A stretch of DNA of 64,000 nucleotides, taken from the sequence record OL615012; one strand, given 5' to 3'. The translations under genes were made by a program, and so were the position numbers. Below, in pieces: positions 41,829-54,000 of the stretch (positions are counted from its first letter, which is position 1; every line of letters begins with the position of its first letter). The DNA comes from Shigella phage vB_SboM_Phaginator. The notes under the pieces are model-generated. The model was given only the letters and a program-made list of their open reading frames with translations, did not search any database and was not told the origin of the DNA.

Positions 41829-41835
41829 AATTATA

Positions 41836-44100
41836 TCATAATTTACAGGATGAACAATCTTCAGCTTTTGGAGTTTCTATTTCATAATCATCAGTACCAG
41901 AACCATCACGGGTATTATGATAATAGAAATTTTTTCCGCCAAAATACCAAAAATACAAAAGGTCATCAATCATTATTGACATTGGAACCTTTCCTTTTGG
42001 AAAAATCTGTGGGTCATAATATGTATTCGCTGAAGCTGATTGACATACCCATTTCAGCATAATAGCTACCTGAGTAAGATAAGGTTTATTACCTTTCTTA
42101 GCTAATTTCCATGTATAATCATAGAGGTCTATGTTATGCTCAATATTGGGCACGACTTGATTAAAGGAGCCCTCTTTTGATTCTTTAACACTTACCGGTC
42201 CACGTGGAGGCTCGATACCGTTTGTACTGTTAGAAACTTGGGAAGATGACTCACATGGCATAAGTGCTGATAATGTGCTATTACGGATGCCAAAGAGCTT
42301 AAGGTCTTCCCGCAGCGACGACCAGTCACAAACGTATTTTGGAGCTGCGATTTGGTCAATCTTTTTATTGTACCAGTCGATAGGTAATTCGCCTCGAGAC
42401 CAACGAGTGTCTGAATAATATTCGCAAGGTCCTTTTTCTTTGGCGAGCTTAATGGATGCTTTAATGAGTCCATACTGTAATCTCTCAAATAGTTCATGTG
42501 TTAAATCGTTAGCATCTTCATAAGAAGCAAAGTTACTTGCCAGCCAAGCTGCATAGTTGGTAACACCTACACCAAGGTTACGACGCTTTTTAGCTTTTTC
42601 TGCTTCAGGAACTGGATATCCTTGGTAATCCAAAAGATTATCAAGAGCACGAACTTGAACTTCTGCCAATTCATTAATTTTATCTTGGTCTTGCCAGTCA
42701 AAATTATCCAGTACGAATGCAGAGAGAGTACACAATCCAATTTCAGCATCAGGACTATTCACATCATTTGTTGGAATAGCAATTTCACAACACAAGTTAC
42801 TCTGACGAATAGGTGCCTTTTCACGAATAAACGGAGTGTAGTTATTCGTATTATCAATGAACTGCACATAAATCCTTGCTGTTCCTGAACGTTCAGTCAT
42901 GAGCAATTCAAATAGTTCACGAGCTTTAATACGCTTTTTACGAATATTAGGGTCTTTTTCTGCTGCTTCGTATAATTCACGGAAACGGTCTTGGTCTTTA
43001 AAATAAGAATAATAAAGCTCACCACCCATTTCATGTGGACTGAACAAAGTAATGTAATCATTCTTTCCAAAACGTTCCATCATCAGGTCATTCAGCTGAA
43101 CACCATAATCCATATGACGAATGCGGTTTTCTTCTACGCCTTTGTTATTTTTCAAAACAAGAAGATTTTCAACTTCCAAATGCCAAATAGGATAATAAGC
43201 AGTAGCAGCGCCGCCACGAATTCCACCTTGTGAGCATGATTTAACAGCAGTCTGAAAATGTTTCCAAAAAGGAATAACACCAGTATGGCGTACTTCACCC
43301 ATGCCAATCTTAGAACCTTCGGCACGAATCATACCAACGTTAATACCAATTCCAGCGCGTTTAGAGATATATTCAACAATTGAAGCGGAAGCCTTATTGA
43401 TAGACTTTAATGAATCACCTGCCTCAATAACAACGCATGAACTAAACTGCCGAGTTGGAGTACGGCAACCAGCCATAATAGGAGTTGGCAATGAAATCTG
43501 TCGAGTAGATACTGCTTCATAAAAACGGATAACATGTTTTAGTCTATCAACAGGTTCATCTTGATGCAATGCCATTCCAATAGTCATAAATGCAAACTGT
43601 GGAGTTTCATAAATTTGACCAGTGGTTTTATCTTTAACTAGATATTTTTCTTTTAATTGCATCGCCCCGGAATAAGTAAATTCCATATCCCGCTCGTGCT
43701 TAATTTTTGATTCTAAAAATGTAATTTCTTCTGCTGAATATTTTGACAATAATTCAGGGTCATATTTACCTTCATTTACACAGTAAGAAATATGGTCAAT
43801 AAATGAACGTGGTTCATATTGTCCGTAAACATGCTTACGAAGAGCGAACATTAAACAACGTGCAGCTACATATTGATAATCAGATTCTTCAACCGAAATA
43901 GAATTCGCAGCGGCCTTAATGACAATAGTCTGAATATCATCAGTTGTCATTCCATCACGGAGATAAGATTTAATATTTTCATATAATTCATAAGGATCTA
44001 CTGATGTTCCTTCAGCTGCCCAAGATAAAACTTTAATAATTTTTTGTGGGTCAAAGCTCTGAGAAACACCACTACTTTTGATAACATTAATTAATTGCAT
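41836..44100 (-). CDS. nrdA: Ribonucleotide reductase large subunit
   Basis: 754-aa ORF, same length as T4 NrdA. Confidence 0.97.
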   Translation of the reverse strand: MQLINVIKSSGVSQSFDPQKIIKVLSWAAEGTSVDPYELYENIKSYLRDGMTTDDIQTIVIKAAANSISVEESDYQYVAARCLMFALRKHVYGQYEPRSFIDHISYCVNEGKYDPELLSKYSAEEITFLESKIKHERDMEFTYSGAMQLKEKYLVKDKTTGQIYETPQFAFMTIGMALHQDEPVDRLKHVIRFYEAVSTRQISLPTPIMAGCRTPTRQFSSCVVIEAGDSLKSINKASASIVEYISKRAGIGINVGMIRAEGSKIGMGEVRHTGVIPFWKHFQTAVKSCSQGGIRGGAATAYYPIWHLEVENLLVLKNNKGVEENRIRHMDYGVQLNDLMMERFGKNDYITLFSPHEMGGELYYSYFKDQDRFRELYEAAEKDPNIRKKRIKARELFELLMTERSGTARIYVQFIDNTNNYTPFIREKAPIRQSNLCCEIAIPTNDVNSPDAEIGLCTLSAFVLDNFDWQDQDKINELAEVQVRALDNLLDYQGYPVPEAEKAKKRRNLGVGVTNYAAWLASNFASYEDANDLTHELFERLQYGLIKASIKLAKEKGPCEYYSDTRWSRGELPIDWYNKKIDQIAAPKYVCDWSSLREDLKLFGIRNSTLSALMPCESSSQVSNSTNGIEPPRGPVSVKESKEGSFNQVVPNIEHNIDLYDYTWKLAKKGNKPYLTQVAIMLKWVCQSASANTYYDPQIFPKGKVPMSIMIDDLLYFWYFGGKNFYYHNTRDGSGTDDYEIETPKAEDCSSCKL

Positions 44101-44417
44101 AAGTCCTCAACTTGAAAATCGTCTTTAAACAATCGGTTAACTATATGAGCTATTATATCACCATGACACGGCTTTGGTTTACATGTGCATCCTAGCCTCA
44201 TTCCACGTAAAGGCTCTAAATGTGCTTTAGTTATTTCTCCGGATTTAATTCGACGTATAAAATCTTTTTTGAATAATTCAATGGCAGCCTCCCGGCTGCC
44301 AGCATCTTTACCGACGTAATTTCCCCAAAATGTACCACGGTGAATATTAACATCAAAGTCGGATTTATATTTATTCACTACCCGGCATAGACGGCCCACG
44401 CTGGAATAATTCGTCAT
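44091..44417 (-). CDS. Hypothetical Cys/His-cluster protein (nrdA.1 position)
   Basis: 108-aa ORF with [11 protein letters not shown] cluster. Confidence 0.6.
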
Positions 44418-44634
44418 ATTGTTTTTCCGTTAATACAGTAATATCATAGTAACAATCGGAAGAAGTTTTAACTGTGGAAATTTTATTATCAAAATACTCA
44501 CGAGTCATTTTATGAGTATAGTATTTTTTACCATAAATGGTAATAGGCTGTTCTGGTCCTGGAACTTCTAACTCGCTTGGGTTAGGAAGTGTAAAAAGAA
44601 CAACGCCAGAAGTATCTTTAAATCGTAAAATCAT
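44371..44634 (-). CDS. Hypothetical protein (nrdA.2 position)
   Basis: 87-aa ORF. Confidence 0.55.
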
Positions 44635-45491
44635 ATTGCCATTTTCCCTTTAATTGCTGGATGCGATTCATAATTTTCAAGGATAAAATCTTTCGGTTTC
44701 ATGTATTCAGTTAACCAGTAAAGCTGTGTTTCGGTGTCACAATTTCCAAACTCTATAGGCCAATCAATTTTAAGTTCACATAGTTCTTTAGGCTCACGAC
44801 GTAAAATTTCTTTACATTGCTCAGTATGATTCATATAGATGTGAGTATTACCACCAGAAAATATCAAATCTCCTGGGATAAGATTACACATCTTAGCCAC
44901 AATATGCGTCAAGGCAGCGTACGAGGCAATGTTGAATGGCAATCCCAAGAAAACATCTACACTTCTTTGGTACCATTGTAAATCAAGATAACCATTACGC
45001 ACATTAAACTGATAGAACATATGACAGGGCGGTAATGCCATTTGATTGATTTCAGCTGGATTCCATGCTGAAACGATTTGACGTCGATCAGTTGGTAATT
45101 TTTTAATACGATCAATAGTTTCAACTAATTGATCCACACCACCGAAATCACGCCACTGTTTTCCATAAATTGGACCAAGTTCACCACTATGATATCCTAG
45201 GTCTTTAGCTTGGTTTTCATAATTGTCATCCCAGATAGTTTTACCTTGAATAAGACTACCATGAGTACGAAGACGCAAATCATTAACATTGGTAGAACCG
45301 GAAATAAACCATAGAAGCTCAGCAATACATGCGTTCCAGGCGAGCTTTTTAGTTGTTACTGCAGGAAAGCCTTTAGTTAAATCCCAACGCAATTTAGTAC
45401 CGAACAAAGCGATTGTTCCTGTGCCTGTACGATCATCGGTTTCATAACCATTTTCAAAAATGTCTTTAATTAAATCTTGGTATTGTTTCAT
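44631..45491 (-). CDS. td: Thymidylate synthase (uninterrupted, no intron)
   Basis: 286-aa continuous ORF starting [17 protein letters not shown]; equals spliced T4 Td length. Confidence 0.96.
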
Positions 45492-45506
45492 TTAACACCT
45501 ATATAA

Positions 45507-46703
<1,197 letters not shown>

Positions 46704-46713
46704 ATTATTTTCC

Positions 46714-46956
46714 TCAAATAGACTTTTTCACAATTTTCCAATCAGCTTTAAACTGCTCGACGTCAGAATGATAAATCCAGAATCCTGCGCTTTCTCCATC
46801 CTCATAAAGAGGGCATCTATCACATTCATCTTCCCATCCCATATCACGTAAAAGATGTTCAGCTTTTTCAACAAGTTCAGAATCTTTACCGATGATATTA
46901 AAATACCATTTACCTCTAACTTCCGAATCTTTGATGCTCTGACGTTGTAATCTCAT
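46714..46956 (-). CDS. Hypothetical protein (frd.2 position)
   Basis: 80-aa ORF with GAGGAG ribosome-binding site. Confidence 0.6.
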   Translation of the reverse strand: MRLQRQSIKDSEVRGKWYFNIIGKDSELVEKAEHLLRDMGWEDECDRCPLYEDGESAGFWIYHSDVEQFKADWKIVKKSI

Positions 46957-47014
46957 TTTATTCTCCTCAGTAGTTGATAAGGCTATAGTATCATTACCAT
47001 AGCCCGTTGTAAAC
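46957..47014 (-). promoter_or_regulatory. Early-promoter-like cassette with inverted repeat around the -10
   Basis: Minus-strand GTTTAC (47009-47014), 18 bp spacer, TACTAT; inverted repeat GGCTAT / ATAGCC. Confidence 0.45.
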
Positions 47015-47400
47015 TACTTTTTGAAAGTTTTTCGCAAAAGTTCAATGATTTCATCTACATTGTTTTCATCTACAATGCAGTGAATTTTTGTTACGCCAGA
47101 AACTATACCTTCATTAGCGGATTGAGGCTTTTCTAAAGTTACCTCAGTAAAGTATTTGAATTCTTCAGAGTAAATCTCAAAATACGTCTCAAGTGGGCCA
47201 CCCGCCATGTATTCAGTGCCATCTTCCATAGTTACACGTACCACACATTCACCAGCACAATCATCACTTTCCATTTCATCTACAACAAAACTAGGTCCGT
47301 GCTTCTCTATTAAATTTAGCATCATTACATTGCAACGACACTCGTTAGCAAAGTCATTTTTAAATAAAGGGTTAATGATATAAGTTTTTCCAACTTCCAT
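47014..47400 (-). CDS. Hypothetical protein (frd.3 position)
   Basis: 128-aa acidic ORF. Confidence 0.6.
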   Translation of the reverse strand: MEVGKTYIINPLFKNDFANECRCNVMMLNLIEKHGPSFVVDEMESDDCAGECVVRVTMEDGTEYMAGGPLETYFEIYSEEFKYFTEVTLEKPQSANEGIVSGVTKIHCIVDENNVDEIIELLRKTFKK

Positions 47401-47420
47401 TTTGATTTCCTCATTTTAAT

Positions 47421-47438
47421 AGGGGCTTGATAGCCCCT
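47421..47438 (-). terminator. Hairpin between small early ORFs
   Basis: AGGGGC-UUGAUA-GCCCCU. Confidence 0.4.
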
Positions 47439-47444
47439 TGATAA

Positions 47445-47675
47445 TTATTGTTCAATCAGTCCCATGTAAAATTCTGCGTCTTCAGAATCCATGCCATCGC
47501 AATATTCATTAGCCATAAAGCGGGTGAGGTCTTCAAGAGGACCTTCAATGACAATAGAAAAATTGCAATAATTGGGATCATCGTGAATACTTGTGATACT
47601 AAGTTCAGGATAACGATTACGAATAATTTCTTCAATATATTCAAAATCAACGATGTCAATATCAACTTTAGCCAT
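47445..47675 (-). CDS. Hypothetical protein downstream of gene 32 (shortened to internal start)
   Basis: ORF track start at 47738 lies upstream of the predicted promoter -10; ATG at 47675 (MAKVDIDIV...) has GAGGA ribosome-binding site and gives 76 aa. Confidence 0.5.
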   Translation of the reverse strand: MAKVDIDIVDFEYIEEIIRNRYPELSITSIHDDPNYCNFSIVIEGPLEDLTRFMANEYCDGMDSEDAEFYMGLIEQ

Positions 47676-47748
47676 ATTATTTTCCTCTTTAATCATCAGC
47701 AGTATTGCCGATAGTTGTATAGTACCATGGAAGGACAAGGATGTAAAC
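47676..47748 (-). promoter_or_regulatory. Early-promoter-like cassette
   Basis: Minus-strand GTTTAC (47743-47748), 18 bp spacer, TACTAT (47719-47724). Confidence 0.45.
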
Positions 47749-47770
47749 CGTTTTGTGAAAAAATTTTTGA

Positions 47771-47798
47771 AATAAAAAAGGGGACCTCTAGGGTCCCC
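47771..47798 (-). terminator. Rho-independent terminator downstream of gene 32
   Basis: GGGGACC-loop-GGUCCCC hairpin followed on minus strand by UUUUUUAUUU. Confidence 0.7.
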
Positions 47799-47820
47799 AA
47801 TTAATTAGTAATATAATCTA

Positions 47821-48729
47821 TTAAAGGTCATTCAAAAGGTCATCTAGGTCCGTGTCATCAGCACTAGATGAACTGCCAGAGCTTGAGCTCATAAAATCAT
47901 CTTCAGTTTTTGTATTGAAGTCATCAACATTGAATGCATCCAAATCATCAGCAACTTTATCAGCTTTCTTAGCGGCAGTTGCTGCGGCACCACCCATCAC
48001 AGCAGTTCCCATGACTTGACCGAATTTAGTGCTCAGTTCTTCAAACGATTTGAATTTATCTTTAGAAGTCATTTCAGAAAGGTCAACCATTTGTTCGAAC
48101 AGTTCTTTCTGGAAAGATTCATCGTCAATGTTTGGAATCGCAGATTGATTCAGGAATTTAGATTCATCGTAGTTACTAAATCCAGAAACTTGTTTAACTT
48201 TCAGTACAAAGTTAGCACCTTCCCACGGACAAGTTACATCAACCGGAGTTTCACCCATTTCAACATCAACTGCAATCATTGCGTTGATTTTATCCCAGAT
48301 TTTCTTACCGAAACGATATTTAAATACTTTACCTTCATTTTCTGGAGCAGCTGGGTCTTTTACAACAAGAATGTTAGCCCAGTAAGAAGTTTTACGTTTA
48401 ACAAGACTGTACTCTTTATTGTCAGTGTTGTACAAATCATTTTTACTGATGTACTGACATACTGGGCAAGAATCGTAATCACCGTGGGTAGATGAGCAAT
48501 TTTCGATATACCATTTACCATTTTTCTTGAAACCATGATTTACAAGAATTGCGAATGGTGCTTGTTCATCATTTTTAGACGGAAGAAAACGAATTACTGC
48601 TTGACCGTTACCCGCATTGTCGAGTTTCAGTTTCCACTCGCCTTTGTCTTCAGAAGAAAAACCACCTTTATTTCCAGCCAGTTTAGCCATTTGTGCAGCA
48701 AGTTCAGCAGTAGATTTACGTTTAAACAT
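47821..48729 (-). CDS. 32: Single-stranded DNA-binding protein gp32
   Basis: 302-aa ORF starting [17 protein letters not shown], acidic Ser/Asp-rich C-terminus, zinc-binding Cys/His cluster; T4 gp32. Confidence 0.98.
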   Translation of the reverse strand: MFKRKSTAELAAQMAKLAGNKGGFSSEDKGEWKLKLDNAGNGQAVIRFLPSKNDEQAPFAILVNHGFKKNGKWYIENCSSTHGDYDSCPVCQYISKNDLYNTDNKEYSLVKRKTSYWANILVVKDPAAPENEGKVFKYRFGKKIWDKINAMIAVDVEMGETPVDVTCPWEGANFVLKVKQVSGFSNYDESKFLNQSAIPNIDDESFQKELFEQMVDLSEMTSKDKFKSFEELSTKFGQVMGTAVMGGAAATAAKKADKVADDLDAFNVDDFNTKTEDDFMSSSSGSSSSADDTDLDDLLNDL

Positions 48730-48812
48730 TTTTATTTCCTTTTTAATTTAATTAACAGTTGGTGCTATGACGATGTATGACCTCATAGCTGGTCAGTGAG
48801 ATAATTATAATC
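48730..48812 (-). promoter_or_regulatory. Gene 32 mRNA leader (probable autoregulatory translational operator)
   Basis: AT-rich unstructured tract (AAUUAAAUUAAAAAGGAAAUAAAA) before AUG; by analogy with T4 gene 32 operator. Confidence 0.5.
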
Positions 48813-48820
48813 TATTTATA
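48813..48820 (-). promoter_or_regulatory. Late promoter (TATAAATA, minus strand) upstream of gene 32
   Basis: Minus-strand TATAAATA ~85 bp upstream of gene 32 ATG. Confidence 0.5.
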
Positions 48821-48828
48821 ATAAGCAA

Positions 48829-49482
48829 TTAATACTTACAAGATTTCACAGTTTCAATAAAAACTTTTTTAGCTTTCTGTGAATCAATATTTAAAATTTT
48901 TCTATAAGCCTTTAACTTTATAGAATAATTATTCCAGACTAAATTATCAGTCTGTTCATCATGTTTATCAATTATATTTAAAAACGAATCAAGCAAGATA
49001 AACGTCTCAAACGAAATTATATTCGATTGCAGAAGTTTAAAAATATAACTTGATTGAACCTTTGGATTATATTCAAAGATTTCTTTAAAAGCAGAAACTT
49101 CAACTTTTTTACTAAAATAATAAATGTTGCGAATATCTTCTTCAAACTTAAATTTAATTTGCTTTAAGCGTCCGATATATTCACGATAAAACACAAGTGC
49201 ATCAGCGTCAGAGATGTCGCCAATCCAAGCATCTTGGTTAGCAACCAAATTACTTATAAAAATTAAAGCAAGTTCCTTTAATTTATATTTTTCTGATAAC
49301 TTCTGGAAAAAATACTTATCCCTTCGCTTTTGATAAGCGGCATCAGACACCCGCATGCACCAATTATACTTAATAACATCATACTTTCCATTCATATGCT
49401 GTTTTATCATTAAGTATAATTTATAAACTGATTTACCATCAATGTATCTTTCACCACCAGCAGGCATGCGGAGTTTAATCAT
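48829..49482 (-). CDS. 59: Helicase loader gp59
   Basis: 217-aa ORF, T4 gp59 length and position. Confidence 0.95.
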   Translation of the reverse strand: MIKLRMPAGGERYIDGKSVYKLYLMIKQHMNGKYDVIKYNWCMRVSDAAYQKRRDKYFFQKLSEKYKLKELALIFISNLVANQDAWIGDISDADALVFYREYIGRLKQIKFKFEEDIRNIYYFSKKVEVSAFKEIFEYNPKVQSSYIFKLLQSNIISFETFILLDSFLNIIDKHDEQTDNLVWNNYSIKLKAYRKILNIDSQKAKKVFIETVKSCKY

Positions 49483-49817
49483 AGTAGAAAATCTAATGTA
49501 TTAGTTTTTTCACAACGAACAACAGAAGGACGCAAAAGATTTTCGTCAATAGCTTCTGACTGAATTTTTTCAATTATACCTGAAGGAATAAATTTAGCAA
49601 ATTGAGTTTCAGGAATAGAATTTTCTTCCAAGAATGCTGTCGTAGCTTCAAGATAACTCATTCCAAACTCTTCTACCATTTTTTCAATAATAAATCCATT
49701 TTCTTGACGATCAAGAAGCTTTGCTATTTCATCCTTTTCTTTCTTAATTGAAAGTTCTTTTTCTGAAAGACCGGTCTCATCGACCGGACGAATATCATTT
49801 AGAGAAAACTGTGTCAT
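49479..49817 (-). CDS. 33: Late transcription co-activator gp33
   Basis: Start at MTQFSLNDIRPVDETG gives 112 aa as in T4 gp33. Confidence 0.92.
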   Translation of the reverse strand: MTQFSLNDIRPVDETGLSEKELSIKKEKDEIAKLLDRQENGFIIEKMVEEFGMSYLEATTAFLEENSIPETQFAKFIPSGIIEKIQSEAIDENLLRPSVVRCEKTNTLDFLL

Positions 49818-50064
49818 AAAGTTCAACTACCTCTTCAGTTTCAGCTTCAAACACATCACGGTTATCTTTATGATACAAAGCTAATAGACGATTAAACATC
49901 TTACCATCAACGCCAAGTTCATCTTTAGCACGAATTCGAATATCTTTAATCAGTTCATTATAACCGGAAATTTTCAGTTTATGATCAGATGCTTCTTTAA
50001 TAAATTTAGCCAAGTCTTCGCCATGGATAGCTTCATCAAATTCAACCATTTCTTTTTTAGCCAT
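49795..50064 (-). CDS. dsbA: dsDNA-binding protein DsbA
   Basis: 89-aa ORF, T4 DsbA length and position, overlaps gene 33 start. Confidence 0.88.
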   Translation of the reverse strand: MAKKEMVEFDEAIHGEDLAKFIKEASDHKLKISGYNELIKDIRIRAKDELGVDGKMFNRLLALYHKDNRDVFEAETEEVVELYDTVFSK

Positions 50065-50072
50065 TATTCACC

Positions 50073-50990
50073 TCAAAATTCATTAATGCTATTAGTTAAT
50101 TTAGAAAGACCCGCTTTTACAAAATATGAATAAATTTTGCCACGCGGTGGTAATTTATATGAATTATAGTAATTCACAATGTTTGAAGCAATATTATCAG
50201 GAATATAATCAAAATCAATTAGAACTAAATTTTCTTTATAACGATTATATTCAGATTCTGTAAGAAGCACCTTAGCTTGCTCACGGTCATTAGCAATAGC
50301 TTCAACAATTGAAGTTTTCATTGAAGGAGTTCGTTCACCTTCAACTTTGGTAAACCAAAAGTCAGATCGTACTTTAACTGAAGCAACGTTATCCTTTTTG
50401 TCGCCTTTAAGGATTTTAGTCATACAGTCAATTTCAGCAGAACCGCTTTTAATTTTAACCCATTTCTTATGCATCGGTGACCATTGCTTAACATTTGGAT
50501 ATTTGTGAAGTTGAGTAAAGTCACCATCCGATGAAATGATTAAAATCTTGTGTCCTTCTAAAGAGAACTTTTTAACAAGTACTGCAATGTGGTCATCTGC
50601 TTCATACTTATCAATATCCATAACAATGTATGGCATATAAGCTTTCAATTCATCTATAACTTTGTGGCTGGATTCAAAATAACCTTCCCAGTCCCAAGTC
50701 GATTCTTCTCGTGCTTTTCCACGGTTTTTCTTGTAATAATACGCGAAATCACGACGCCAGTATCCAGATTTCGCGTTATCAATACACAGTACAATTTTAG
50801 TGTATCCAAGCGTTTTTGCTTTTTTGACATTAAACTTAATTGAGTTCAATATCAAATGACGAACCATTGATAAATTAATTTTTTCTTTATCTGGGAAGTT
50901 TACTAAAGCAGTTGAAAGCGCAATTTGACTAAAGTCAATTAAGCAGATTCCTTCTTTGTAATCTTCATCCAACATCATTTCTAAATCCAT
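50073..50990 (-). CDS. rnh: RNase H (5'-3' exonuclease, FEN-family)
   Basis: Start at MDLEMMLDEDYKEGICLIDFSQIA gives 305 aa as in T4 RNase H. Confidence 0.95.
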   Translation of the reverse strand: MDLEMMLDEDYKEGICLIDFSQIALSTALVNFPDKEKINLSMVRHLILNSIKFNVKKAKTLGYTKIVLCIDNAKSGYWRRDFAYYYKKNRGKAREESTWDWEGYFESSHKVIDELKAYMPYIVMDIDKYEADDHIAVLVKKFSLEGHKILIISSDGDFTQLHKYPNVKQWSPMHKKWVKIKSGSAEIDCMTKILKGDKKDNVASVKVRSDFWFTKVEGERTPSMKTSIVEAIANDREQAKVLLTESEYNRYKENLVLIDFDYIPDNIASNIVNYYNSYKLPPRGKIYSYFVKAGLSKLTNSINEF

Positions 50991-51052
50991 ATGAACCTCG
51001 TTCAATTAGTGAGATTTCTATTATATACCATCCAAATCTTAAAGTAAACAAG

Positions 51053-51060
51053 TATAAATA
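51053..51060 (+). promoter_or_regulatory. Late promoter TATAAATA for gene 34
   Basis: Exact motif 35 bp upstream of ATG; AGGAG ribosome-binding site follows. Confidence 0.65.
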
Positions 51061-51094
51061 CTTATTATTGAAAACACAATAGGAGCCCGGGAGA

Positions 51095-54000
51095 ATGGCC
51101 GAGATTAAAAGAAAGTTCAGAGCAGAAGATGGTCTGGACGCAGGTGGTGATAAAATAATCAACGTAGCTTTAGCTGATCGTGCCGTAGGAACTGACGGTG
51201 TTAACGTTGATTATCTAATTCAAGAAAACACAGTTCAACAATACGATCCAACTCGTGGATATTTAAAAGATTTTGTAATCATTTATGATAACCGCTTTTG
51301 GGCTGCTATAAATGATATTCCAAAACCGGCAGGAGCTTTTAATAGCGGACGCTGGAGAGCATTACGTACCGATGCTAACTGGATTACGGTTTCATCTGGT
51401 TCATATCAATTAAAATCCGGTGAAGCTATTTCGGTTAACACTGCAGCTGGTAATGACATCACGTTTACTTTACCATCTTCTCCAATTGATGGTGATACTA
51501 TCGTTCTCCAAGATATTGGAGGAAAACCTGGAGTTAACCAAGTTTTAATTGTAGCTCCAGTGCAAAGTATTGTAAACTTTAGAGGTGAACAAGTACGTTC
51601 AGTACTAATGACTCATCCAAAGTCACAGCTAGTTTTAATTTTTAGTAATCGTCTGTGGCAAATGTATGTTGCTGATTATAGTAGAGAAGCTGTCGTTGTA
51701 ACACCAGCGAATACTTATCAAGCACAATCAAACGATTTTATCGTACGTAGATTTACTTCTGCTGCACCGATAAATATTAAACTTCCAAGATTTGCTAATC
51801 ATGGCGATATTATTAATTTCGTTGATTTAGATAAACTGAATCCACTTTATCATACAATTGTTACTACATACGATGAAACTACTTCAATACAAGAAGATGG
51901 AACTCATTCTATTGAAGGCCGTACATCGATCGACGGTTTCTTGATGTTTGATGATAATGAGAAATTATGGAGATTGTTTGACGGGGATAGTAAAGCACGT
52001 TTACGCATTATAACGACTAATTCTAATATTCGTCCAAACGAAGAAGTTATGGTATTTGGTGCGAATAACGGAACAACTCAAACGATTGAACTTCAGCTTC
52101 CAACTAATATTTCTGTTGGTGATACTGTTAAAATTTCCATGAATTACATGAGAAAAGGACAAACAGTTAAAATCAAAGCTGCCGGTGAAGATAAAATTGC
52201 TTCTTCAGTTCAATTACTGCAATTCCCAAAACGTTCAGAATATCCGCCTGAGGCTGAATGGGTGACTGTCCAAGAATTAGTTTTTAATGGTGAAACTAAT
52301 TATGTTCCAGTTTTAGAGCTTGCTTATATAGAAGATTCTGATGGAAAATACTGGGTTGTACAGCAAAACGTTCCAACTGTAGAAAGAGTAGACTCTTTAA
52401 ATGATTCTACTAGAGCAAGATTAGGCGTAATTGCTTTAGCTACACAAGCTCAAGCTAACGTCGATTTAGAAAATTCTCCACAAAAAGAATTAGCAATTAC
52501 TCCAGAAACATTAGCTAACCGTACTGCTACTGAAACTCGTAGAGGTATCGCAAGAATAGCAACTACTGCTCAAGTGAATCAGAACACCACATTCTCTTTT
52601 GCTGATGATATTATCATCACTCCTAAAAAGCTGAATGAAAGAACTGCTACTGAAACTCGCAGAGGTGTTGCTGAAATTGCTACGCAGCAAGAAACTAATG
52701 CAGGTACTGATGACACTACAATCATTACTCCTAAAAAGCTTCAAGCTCGTCAAGGTTCTGAATCATTATCTGGTATTGTAACTTTTGTATCTACTGCAGG
52801 TGCTACTCCAGCTTCTAGCCGTGAATTAAATGGTACCAACGTTTATAATAAAAACACTAATAATTTAGTTGTTTCACCTAAAGCTTTGGATCAGTATAAA
52901 GCTACTCCAACGCAGCAAGGCGCAGTAATTTTAGCAGTTGAAAGTGAAGTAATTGCTGGACAAAGTCAGCAAGGATGGGCAAATGCTGTTGTAACTCCAG
53001 AAACGTTACATAAAAAGACATCAACTGATGGAAGAATTGGTTTAATTGAAATTGCTACGCAAAGTGAAGTTAATACAGGAACTGATTATACTCGTGCAGT
53101 CACTCCTAAAACTTTAAATGACCGTAGAGCAACTGAAAGTTTAAGTGGTATAGCTGAAATTGCTACGCAAGTTGAATTCGACGCAGGCGTCGACGATACT
53201 CGTATCTCTACACCATTAAAAATTAAAACCAGATTTAATAGTACTGATCGTACTTCTGTTGTTGCTCTATCTGGATTAGTTGAATCAGGAACTCTCTGGG
53301 ACCATTATACCCTTAATATTCTTGAAGCAAATGAGACACAGCGTGGCACACTTCGTGTAGCTACACAGGTTGAAGCTGCTGCTGGAAAATTGGATAATGT
53401 TTTAATAACTCCTAAAAAGCTTTTAGGTACTAAATCTACCGAATCGCAAGAAGGTGTTATTAAAGTTGCAACCCAGTCTGAAACTGTGACTGGAACGTCA
53501 GCGAACACTGCTGTATCTCCAAAAAATTTAAAATGGATTGTGCAGAGTGAACCTACTTGGGCAGCTACTACTGCAATAAGAGGTTTTGTTAAAACTTCTT
53601 CTGGTTCAATTACATTCGTTGGTAATGATACAGTCGGTTCTACCCAAGATTTAGAACTGTATGAGAAAAATAGCTATGCGGTATCACCATATGAATTAAA
53701 CCGTGTATTAGCAAATTATCTGCCGTTAAAAGCAAAAGCTGCTGACGCAAATTTATTAGATGGCCTAGATTCATCTCAGTTCATTCGTAGGGATATTGCA
53801 CAGACGGTTAATGGTTCACTAACCTTAACGAAACAAACGAATCTGAGTGCCCCTCTTGTATCATCTAGTACTGCTACGTTTGGCGGATCAGTTTCGGCAA
53901 ATAGTACATTAACTATTTCTAATACTGGAACGGCAACTCGTCTGATATTTGAGAAAGGACCTCAAACTGGAACTAACCCAGTACAAACGATGACTATCAG

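Noticed and set aside
40606-45491. Possible group I introns in nrdB or td
   Set aside because: Both genes are uninterrupted single ORFs of full expected length; no extra intervening sequence
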